The position numbers and the translations under genes were made by a program. This document shows positions 1 to 7,007 of a stretch of 64,000 nt of DNA, piece after piece. Each line of letters starts with the position of its first letter. The stretch's first letter is position 1. The notes under the pieces are model-generated. The model did not search any database, had not been told where the DNA came from, and was given only the letters and a program-made list of their open reading frames with translations. The DNA is from an uncultured virus (IMG/VR IMGVR_UViG_3300042882_001870). Its lineage: Duplodnaviria > Heunggongvirae > Uroviricota > Caudoviricetes. The DNA is taken from the IMG/VR virus record IMGVR_UViG_3300042882_001870; one strand, written 5' to 3'.

Positions 1-681
1 TTATTGAGTGTCTCTTACAGTTTTAATTGCCCTTAATACTGCTTCTTTGTGAGTTTTGTGTTTGAATGGGGTTTCAATCGGGGATAATTTGCCATTCTTT
101 ACAATATGTGGCGTATGAGAGTCTTCTGTAGAAACTACTGTAGCAACCTTTTTCCTTTTACCGTCTTGAGTTTTATGGAAAATGTGGGTAACTTCTGAAG
201 AACCGCCATGTTCTGACGTATCTCCTTTTTCAGATTCCAATTTTCCTTCTGGATGTATAGAAGTATCAAGTTTTGTTTCTACTTCTTTTTTTACCTTTTC
301 TTTTGGAGCGGGTTTTTCCTGTTTTGGTTTTTGTTGAGGAATTACTGGCTTACCAATTTTCGCCAACAAACTTTCAGCAGTTCTTTTGACATAAGGAGAA
401 GGAGAATCTGCGTGATGGGAAAGAAAACGATCCAATATAGAATGATCGTGTCCGGAGTTTTTTACATATTCCTTACCGAGGGAATGAAATCCTTCTTCTT
501 TAGAAGAATGCCTTTTGTGCAATTCTTTTAGTATTGCGGCTTTTCTATCAGCCCAGTGATCAGACGCTTTATCGTTTGGGTCTGCGTGGGTTTCCAGATG
601 TTTGAATAAATCTTCGTGCGAGAGGGATTTTGCGAAATCAGAATGTACGCCTTCTTCAAGAAATCTTTTAAACGATATCAT
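1..681 (-). CDS. Putative internal head (capsid-packaged) protein, His/Lys/Glu-rich
   Basis: 226-aa ORF. N-terminus MISFKRFLEE resembles the T4 capsid-targeting sequence (MKTYQEFIAE type). Late promoter about 20 nt upstream. Confidence 0.5.
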   Translation of the reverse strand: MISFKRFLEEGVHSDFAKSLSHEDLFKHLETHADPNDKASDHWADRKAAILKELHKRHSSKEEGFHSLGKEYVKNSGHDHSILDRFLSHHADSPSPYVKRTAESLLAKIGKPVIPQQKPKQEKPAPKEKVKKEVETKLDTSIHPEGKLESEKGDTSEHGGSSEVTHIFHKTQDGKRKKVATVVSTEDSHTPHIVKNGKLSPIETPFKHKTHKEAVLRAIKTVRDTQ

Positions 682-701
682 TTATGTATCCTAAATAGAA
701 G

Positions 702-709
702 TATTTATA
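702..709 (-). promoter_or_regulatory. T4-type late promoter TATAAATA
   Basis: TATTTATA on + equals TATAAATA on -, upstream of ORF 1..681. Confidence 0.75.
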
Positions 710-728
710 ATTATGATAAATAAATTTA

Positions 729-757
729 TTTACTTTTTCAAATTTTAGAGGTATGCT
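729..757 (+). promoter_or_regulatory. Possible sigma70/early-type promoter (TTTACT-17 nt-TATGCT)
   Basis: Near-consensus -35/-10 with a 17-nt spacer, upstream of the glycosylase gene. Confidence 0.45.
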
Positions 758-877
758 AAGTTTGCGACAGTTACTGAATCTGATTTTATTAGAGATAAAC
801 AGATTAAATAAACTTTCTTATATTGTCTATAATCCTAGATATAGAATATTAATGATAACATTGATTAATAATATAAT

Positions 878-1444
878 ATGAACATTTTTGCTTTAGACGA
901 CAACCCCAAAATTGCAGCACAATACCACAACAACGCTCATTGCGTAAAAATGATTTTGGAGTGTTCGCAGTTGCTTTGTACGGCTCATAGGGTCTTGGAT
1001 GGTAAAGAAGTTATCGAGAAAACTGCTTCTGGTAGAAATATTAAACGTTGGAAATTAGAGGACGAAAGAGATGTTAAATTGTATAAATCAACTCATATTT
1101 CACACCCTTCTGCTATTTGGTGTAGGCAATCTGACAGCAATTATAGATACCTCTACGACTTATTGGTTGAACTCTGTAAGGAATACACATTTCGATATGG
1201 AAAAATTCATAAATGTGAGTCTTCTGGATTAGTTTCGTTTTTAGAAACCCAACCAAAAAATATTCCAATTGGCGAGTTTATTCAAGTAACTCCAGCGATG
1301 CCAGAAGAATATAAGATACAAAATGATTCGGTAGCTTCATATAGAAACTATTATAACAAATCAAAACAACATCTTGCGTCTTGGGTGGGAAAGGTAAATT
1401 CAAGACCAATTCCAGAATGGTTTGTTTTGGAGAATCCTTCATGA
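878..1444 (+). CDS. Pyrimidine-dimer DNA glycosylase / endonuclease V family protein
   Basis: MNIFALD...HCVKMILECSQLLCTAH, HPSAIW, EYTFRYGKIHK and YRNYY motifs typical of phage DenV-like proteins. Confidence 0.75.
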   Translation: MNIFALDDNPKIAAQYHNNAHCVKMILECSQLLCTAHRVLDGKEVIEKTASGRNIKRWKLEDERDVKLYKSTHISHPSAIWCRQSDSNYRYLYDLLVELCKEYTFRYGKIHKCESSGLVSFLETQPKNIPIGEFIQVTPAMPEEYKIQNDSVASYRNYYNKSKQHLASWVGKVNSRPIPEWFVLENPS

Positions 1445-1758
1445 CTAAAAAGTTTACCTACGAGGGTTCTAATAAATTTTGTAAATCTATCTATTTGTTG
1501 GGGTTGTCTGTTGCCCAACTAGGGGGTTTAGTTTTTACGCTTACTGTTATTTGCGCTATATATTTCTTTGTTGACGCCTTTTTTATTACCAAAAATTTAG
1601 ACATATTTACTGATAAATTAATATTTTTTGGGTTTGGAGCGGTTTTTTTCATCGCTACTGAAATTTTGGGGAATTCTCTGATAAGTCTATCCCAATTTAT
1701 AAATTGGTGGGATAGAGGGAGCGTTAATACCAAAATCACTAGGAACGTAAGAAAATAA
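1441..1758 (+). CDS. Hypothetical membrane protein (about 2 transmembrane segments)
   Basis: ATG at 1441 overlaps the upstream stop (ATGA). Two hydrophobic stretches. Confidence 0.6.
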   Translation: MTKKFTYEGSNKFCKSIYLLGLSVAQLGGLVFTLTVICAIYFFVDAFFITKNLDIFTDKLIFFGFGAVFFIATEILGNSLISLSQFINWWDRGSVNTKITRNVRK

Positions 1759-1788
1759 ATAGTAGACAAACATTTTTAGGTAATCATT

Positions 1789-2034
1789 ATGTGTCCAATT
1801 TATGACGTAAGAGATAAAAAAACTGGAGAAGTAACCGAAATGGTTATGACTATTTCTCAGTGGGAAGAATTCAAGAAAAATAATCCAGATAAAGAACAAC
1901 ATTTTTCAACTTTGAATTTTGCTGATTCTGTATCTTTGGGAATTAAGAAACCACCATCGGATTTTAAGGAAGGAGTAATCGACAGAATTAAGAAAAATAA
2001 CCCGGGAAATCAAATGACTTCTCGGTGGGATTAA
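1789..2034 (+). CDS. FmdB-like (degenerate zinc-ribbon) small protein
   Basis: PIYDVRDKKTGEV...F.E.VI.RIKK pattern and its position upstream of phoH, as in T4-like phages. Confidence 0.6.
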   Translation: MCPIYDVRDKKTGEVTEMVMTISQWEEFKKNNPDKEQHFSTLNFADSVSLGIKKPPSDFKEGVIDRIKKNNPGNQMTSRWD

Positions 2035-2091
2035 TTAAAATTATGATAAATTCTTGATAATAATGGATGTTTTGACAATTTTTTAGTCAGT

Positions 2092-2127
2092 AGGGAATAG
2101 GGTCTAGTGCCTTATTCCCTTTTTTTA
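2092..2127 (+). terminator. Rho-independent terminator
   Basis: AGGGAATAGGG / CCTTATTCCCT hairpin followed by a T-tract. Confidence 0.75.
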
Positions 2128-2144
2128 TTTTAAAGGAATAATCT

Positions 2145-2915
2145 ATGGCAATCAGACCAGTCAAGAAAGCAAACACAAAATTTCTAAAGAGTCATGAAAT
2201 AGATGAAGCAGATAAAGTTTCTTTTATTAAAAAGGCGAAGAAAAAACCAAACGCGGGTTTATCTAACCTACAATTGAAAGAAATACACCCATTAACCGAA
2301 AATCAAGGAAAAGTTTTTTCTGCTTATGCTGAAGAAAAGAATTTAGTATGTTCGGGTTCTGCGGGAACGGGAAAAACTTTTTGTTTATTGTATTTAATGC
2401 TGCAAGAGTTAGTATATAACAACGAATACGAAAAGATTTTAATTGTTCGTTCTGCTGTCCCAACAAGAAACATAGGATTTTTACCTGGGACGGAAGATGA
2501 AAAATTAGCGATTTACGAAACAACATACAAAAGTATATGTAATGATCTATTTGGAAGAGCAGACGCGTATGAAATCTTGAAGAAGAAAGATCTTATAGAA
2601 TTCGTATCTACTTCTTATATCAGAGGAACTACTTTTGATAATGTTTTAATATTAGTTGATGAAATGCAAAATTGCATATTTCACGAATTAGATAGTGTTA
2701 TCACTCGTTGCGGTAAAAATAGTAGGATATTCTTTTCTGGAGATATGGTCCAATCAGATTTTGACGGAAGGAAAGAAACTAGCGGATTCTTAGATTTTAT
2801 AAAAATTATTAAAAATATGGATTCGTTTTCAATTACAAATTTTACAATAGAAGATTGCGTTCGCAGCGGTCTTGTCCGCGAATATTTAACCGTAAAAGAA
2901 AAATGCGGTTTATAG
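2145..2915 (+). CDS. phoH: PhoH-family ATPase
   Basis: Walker A GSAGTGKT, IGFLPG, YIRGTTF, DEMQN, GDMVQSD and VRSGLV motifs. Confidence 0.95.
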   Translation: MAIRPVKKANTKFLKSHEIDEADKVSFIKKAKKKPNAGLSNLQLKEIHPLTENQGKVFSAYAEEKNLVCSGSAGTGKTFCLLYLMLQELVYNNEYEKILIVRSAVPTRNIGFLPGTEDEKLAIYETTYKSICNDLFGRADAYEILKKKDLIEFVSTSYIRGTTFDNVLILVDEMQNCIFHELDSVITRCGKNSRIFFSGDMVQSDFDGRKETSGFLDFIKIIKNMDSFSITNFTIEDCVRSGLVREYLTVKEKCGL

Positions 2916-3665
2916 ATATTTACATTTAAATTGTTTATGATGTTTTCTTTCGCCTTTTGCGACTGCGATCATACATCCAATATTTAAATTTTGATTTTGA
3001 CAAAATGTAGATAAATTTTTTATTTTTTGAATTTCCCCATCAGGAAAGGTTATTATATAAGACTTTTCCTTTTGGGATTTTACAAATTCTTTAAGTTTAA
3101 TTTTCTTTTCTAATATTATTTGATTTGACGGTTTGTGTCCGAAGTATAATTCTTTATGGAAACATTGCCAATTTTTATGCAATAGTCCCCTACCATTAGC
3201 AACACAACGCATCCCTGATTCTGTTAATTTATATTTTTTACAAAATAAACTTAGATTTTTGATTTCAAAAATTTCATCTTCTGGAGAAACGCAAATATAT
3301 TCTTTTGAATTTTTCTCGGAAAGTATTTGTTTTTTCTTTGGAGAAATAATGTCTCCAGTGGTATCAAAAGTTTTTCCTCCATTGTGTTTGTTTAAAAATA
3401 GTGGATGATTTTTAGCATCTATTTTTGTTAAATAATTTTCTTCGAAATCGGAACATGATTTTGGGTTATTTGGAAACATTTTATGAATTTTAATAATATC
3501 TGGTTCTCCATATTCTTCTCTAAAGGTTTTCACATATTTAGAAGAAGTAAAATAAGATTCCCATAAAACTTTTGGGTGACATCCTTTGGCAGTTTTCCTA
3601 CCATAATAGAATTTTTTATGTTCAGACCAACCAATAATGTAGGTAAAAGGAATATAAATATTCAT
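2910..3665 (-). mobile_element. Free-standing homing endonuclease (GIY-YIG/Seg-like) with two C-terminal NUMOD-like DNA-binding repeats
   Basis: FTYIIGW...KFYYG...YFTSS, conserved E...FLN, and a repeated P.gEi..IKNLS.FC...L....M..VA.G....HK unit. Opposite orientation to its neighbours; overlaps the phoH stop by 6 nt. Confidence 0.75.
3653..3660 (+). promoter_or_regulatory. Late promoter TATAAATA inside the first codons of the endonuclease (antisense to it)
   Basis: Exact consensus on + strand. Confidence 0.5.
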
Positions 3666-3732
3666 GCTGACATGCTCCGTAAAGTTTAAATGTTAGGGTA
3701 GGTGGGGAGGTGAGATTCCCGCGACCTACGTT

Positions 3733-3740
3733 TATTTATA
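3733..3740 (-). promoter_or_regulatory. Late promoter for the homing endonuclease
   Basis: TATAAATA on - strand about 70 nt upstream of ATG 3665. Confidence 0.7.
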
Positions 3741-3763
3741 ATAAAAATATTTAACGGAGAAAT

Positions 3764-4003
3764 ATGAACAGAGCGGAAAGACGACATAACACCAAAAGAA
3801 TTATTCAAAAAAGAAAGAATATATTAGGTGCAAATTGGAATCCAAAGTATAATAATGAACCTCATCGTTTATCTAAGATGAATGGCGTGAATTGCGGAAA
3901 TCCAAAATGTCTCTTCTGCTCTAATCCTAGAAAAGTGTGGAACGAAAAAACTATACACGAAAAGTCTTTTTATCAGAGAGAACTTATTGAAGATGAAATT
4001 TAA
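3764..4003 (+). CDS. Hypothetical basic protein with a CxxxxCxxC motif
   Basis: 79 aa, GGAG RBS, NCGNPKCLFCSNPRK. Confidence 0.65.
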   Translation: MNRAERRHNTKRIIQKRKNILGANWNPKYNNEPHRLSKMNGVNCGNPKCLFCSNPRKVWNEKTIHEKSFYQRELIEDEI

Positions 4004-4655
4004 TCATGTAAATCCGACAGAATTGTTGGAATTGAATACCGAAAATTTAAACGGTAAAAGGCACTATTTGACGCCAAACGGAAAATATCCGTCAATAACT
4101 AGTGTGTTGGGATCGTTTCCAAATCGCGCTCTGTTTGAATGGCGTAAAAGAGTTGGCGAAGCAGAGGCGAATAGAGTCTCTGCTGTCGCTTCTTCTAGGG
4201 GAACAAAATTTCACCTACTTTGCGAAAAATATCTATCTAATGAAGAAATAGATAAAAAGCAATTTATGCCAGACGCATTGAATTCTTTTTACGAATTCAA
4301 AGGTATTTTGCATAGGATATCTGATATTCATAAATTAGAAGTTCCTTTATATTCTAATAAATTGAAGGTTGCCGGAAGGTGCGATTGCATAGCAAATTTT
4401 GATAATAGACTTTCAATAATTGACTTTAAGACGAGTAAAAAAGAAAAAAGAGAAGATTGGATTCAGGATTATTTTATTCAAGCTACATTTTATTCAATGT
4501 CGTATTTTGAGTTGACGGGGATTCAAGCAAAACAAATAGCAATTCTAGTTTCGGTTGATGATGGCGACGATCAAGCCTTTATTAAAGAAGTTAAAGACTA
4601 TATCCCTTCCACGATATCTAAAATCAAAGAATATTATAGATATTATCATATATAA
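3993..4655 (+). CDS. PD-(D/E)XK exonuclease (Cas4/RecB-like phage exonuclease)
   Basis: YPSITSVL, RGTKFH, AGRCDCI, IIDFKTS and YFIQ...Y motifs; usual position between phoH and gp33. Confidence 0.9.
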   Translation: MKFNHVNPTELLELNTENLNGKRHYLTPNGKYPSITSVLGSFPNRALFEWRKRVGEAEANRVSAVASSRGTKFHLLCEKYLSNEEIDKKQFMPDALNSFYEFKGILHRISDIHKLEVPLYSNKLKVAGRCDCIANFDNRLSIIDFKTSKKEKREDWIQDYFIQATFYSMSYFELTGIQAKQIAILVSVDDGDDQAFIKEVKDYIPSTISKIKEYYRYYHI

Positions 4656-4658
4656 ATA
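4651..4658 (+). promoter_or_regulatory. Late promoter TATAAATA upstream of rlpA
   Basis: Exact consensus overlapping the exonuclease stop. Confidence 0.7.
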
Positions 4659-4787
4659 AAAAACCAACCTTTACTTTTCGAGTAAAGCGAGGTAAACTAT
4701 TCTTTTAACCGATGAGGTTACTTTTTAAAGTAGTCAAAAATCATCAAATTCAAGGTTGATTTATTTCAACTGTAGAGGAGAAAAATA

Positions 4788-5126
4788 ATGATGAAATTAT
4801 TTTCAATTGTACTTTTAATGTTCATAACTTCCGAAGTTTCTTTAGCTCAAACTGGTACTGCTTCCTGGTATGGTCCGGGGTTCCACGGAAAGAAAACTGC
4901 TTCTGGAAAACCTTTTAACTCTCGCGCGTTTACTGCAGCACATAAAAATATTGCGTTTGGGTCTAAGGTTAAAGTTACGAACCTTAAAAATAAAAAGTCA
5001 GTACTTGTGACAATCACTGATAGGGGACCATTTGTTCGCGGTCGTATTATTGATTTATCACAAGCCGCTAAAAATGCTATTGGTATGGGTGGAACTGCTC
5101 CGGTTTCGCTTCAAGTGGTGAAATAA
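4788..5126 (+). CDS. rlpA: RlpA-family lytic transglycosylase (DPBB) with signal peptide
   Basis: ASWYGPGFHGKKTASG, TAAH and DRGPF...RIIDLS motifs; hydrophobic N-terminus ending SLA; GAGGAG RBS. Confidence 0.92.
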   Translation: MMKLFSIVLLMFITSEVSLAQTGTASWYGPGFHGKKTASGKPFNSRAFTAAHKNIAFGSKVKVTNLKNKKSVLVTITDRGPFVRGRIIDLSQAAKNAIGMGGTAPVSLQVVK

Positions 5127-5136
5127 ATGTAATAAC

Positions 5137-5164
5137 GGGATCCTCTTTTGGGGATCCCACTTTT
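5137..5164 (+). terminator. Rho-independent terminator
   Basis: GGGATCCTC-TTTT-GGGGATCCC followed by ACTTTT. Confidence 0.7.
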
Positions 5165-5175
5165 AAGGAAAAATT

Positions 5176-5403
5176 ATGGTGTCTCCGAAAGTAGAAGAAA
5201 AGGAAAAATTCTCAAAACATATTATTTCCTTAGTAGAAAGGGATAATATTTCTTATATAGATGCAATTACCGAATATTGTGAAACTATTGGTCTAGAAAT
5301 AGAAATTGCTGCAAAATTAATCACCCCTTCTATTGTTTCTAAGATTTCTGAGGAAGCAATGAGAAGTAACCTTATTGAAAAAAGTCCAGTATTGCCGATA
5401 TAA
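5176..5403 (+). CDS. 33: Late-promoter transcription co-activator gp33
   Basis: SYIDAITEYCE...IEIAAKLI...EA...NLI...LPI; synteny with gp59 and gp32. Confidence 0.85.
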   Translation: MVSPKVEEKEKFSKHIISLVERDNISYIDAITEYCETIGLEIEIAAKLITPSIVSKISEEAMRSNLIEKSPVLPI

Positions 5404-5984
5404 TGAATGGAAATGATGCTGCTAATTTATATAATGCTATAAAATTACATTTCACTTCTGAAAAATATAATGCTATAACCTATAGGTTTAAGACCAAATC
5501 TAAATTCGTACCAGAAAATCAATTTTTTATATTCCAAAAACTTGGAAAAATGTATGGTGACGATTTAATTCATTATTACGTCTCAAATTTATCAGAAAAC
5601 CCCAAACTTTGGGTGATGGATTTATTATCTGACGATTGCGAAACCAGATATAAAAGTTGGAAAAAACGAAACGATTCTCTTTCTTATGTTTATAAAAACG
5701 AAATAGGAACTTTATTGGATGAGTATCCTTTAAACGAATTGATACTTGTTAAGGGAACGTATCCGTTGTTGATGGTAAAAACTATGCAAGAAATCGTAAG
5801 TTTGGATACTTTACTTTTGACTGATTCTATATTACAATTTTTTAATGTCTGGAATATGAAAATAAAAGAAAGAATAGTTTGGGAACCTTTTAGGATGAAA
5901 TGTGATAAGTATAGATCGTTTATGAATATAGATCTCCCAAAGTTTAAGAATATATTGAAAGAGGAGGTAAAATGTCGTAGCTAA
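5403..5984 (+). CDS. 59: Helicase loader gp59
   Basis: YNAIKLHFT...YNAITY, FFIFQKL, W...RMKCDKYRSF; synteny. Confidence 0.85.
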   Translation: MNGNDAANLYNAIKLHFTSEKYNAITYRFKTKSKFVPENQFFIFQKLGKMYGDDLIHYYVSNLSENPKLWVMDLLSDDCETRYKSWKKRNDSLSYVYKNEIGTLLDEYPLNELILVKGTYPLLMVKTMQEIVSLDTLLLTDSILQFFNVWNMKIKERIVWEPFRMKCDKYRSFMNIDLPKFKNILKEEVKCRS

Positions 5985-6058
5985 ATAGTTCTATATTATG
6001 ATTATTTGGATAAGATTGTTTTTAAGTTGTATTAAGTTTGTATAAAGAGGTAAAAAAT

Positions 6059-6973
6059 ATGTCTAGTTTTGCTAATCTAAAGAGATCCTCAGGATCTAGT
6101 CTCGAAAAACTCTCCAAGGCGGTAGAATCACTAAATTCTTCTTCTTATAATGATGGCGAAGATGTTTATTGGAAGTGTGAAACCGATAAAACAGGTAATG
6201 GTTATGCCGTAATCAGATTCCTTCCAGCTTCTTCTCAAGACGGTGATGACGCTATTCCATTCGTAAAGTATTACGATCACGGGTTTCAAGGTCCAGGTGG
6301 TTGGTATATCGAAAAGTCCCTAACAACCATTGGACAAAACGATCCAGTTTCTGAACATAATAGTTCTTTGTGGAATTCTGGTATTGAGGCAAATAAAGAA
6401 GTTGCTCGTAAACAGAAGCGTCGCCTACATTATGTTTCTAACATTTATGTTGTAAAGGACCCAAAGCATCCAGAAAACGAAGGTAAGATTTTCCTTTTCC
6501 GTTATGGTAAGAAGATTATGGAAAAGATTACTACAGCAATGAATCCTCAGTTTGAGGACGATAAACCATTTGATCCTTTTGATTTTTGGTCTGGCGCTAA
6601 TTTCAAGTTGAAGATTCGTAAGGTTGATGGTTATCAGAATTATGACCTTTCGGAATTTGATTCTACTGGTCCATTATTTGATGATGATGATAAAATGGAA
6701 TCGGTTTGGAAGGCAGAACATTCCTTGAAGGAAGTAATTGATCCAAAGAATTTTAAAACTTATGACGAACTAAAGTCTAAGTTGGACAGAGTTCTTGGTA
6801 ATACTTCTACTGGTCGCAGTGGTCCTACCACAGTAGAACGTGCCAGAGCAATGAAACCAGAACCAAAAGTAGATGAATCCAACGAAGTATTCTCATCCAG
6901 TTCGTCAGTAGATATTGACGAAACAGACGAAGATTTGGATTATTTCAGTAAACTGCTCTCAGACGAAGAGTAA
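6059..6973 (+). CDS. 32: Single-stranded DNA-binding protein gp32
   Basis: DKTGNGYAVIRFLP, HGFQGPGGWYIE, GANFKLKIRKV and an acidic C-tail; GAGG RBS before ATG 6059. Confidence 0.97.
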   Translation: MSSFANLKRSSGSSLEKLSKAVESLNSSSYNDGEDVYWKCETDKTGNGYAVIRFLPASSQDGDDAIPFVKYYDHGFQGPGGWYIEKSLTTIGQNDPVSEHNSSLWNSGIEANKEVARKQKRRLHYVSNIYVVKDPKHPENEGKIFLFRYGKKIMEKITTAMNPQFEDDKPFDPFDFWSGANFKLKIRKVDGYQNYDLSEFDSTGPLFDDDDKMESVWKAEHSLKEVIDPKNFKTYDELKSKLDRVLGNTSTGRSGPTTVERARAMKPEPKVDESNEVFSSSSSVDIDETDEDLDYFSKLLSDEE

Positions 6974-6981
6974 GGATTATC

Positions 6982-7007
6982 GGGGAGGGTAAAACCTCCC
7001 CATTTTT
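6982..7007. terminator. Terminator between convergent gp32 and the tail gene
   Basis: GGGGAGG-GTAAAA-CCTCCCC followed by ATTTTT. Confidence 0.8.

Noticed and set aside
3993..4655. Cas4-like nuclease as evidence of a CRISPR system
   Set aside because: It is the standard T4-like PD-(D/E)XK exonuclease in its usual context; it lacks an Fe-S Cys cluster and no array is present.
4709..4765. Active hammerhead ribozyme in the rlpA leader
   Set aside because: The core reads CCGAUGA...AAAA instead of CUGAUGA...GAAA and there is no convincing stem I. Kept only as a structured-leader finding.
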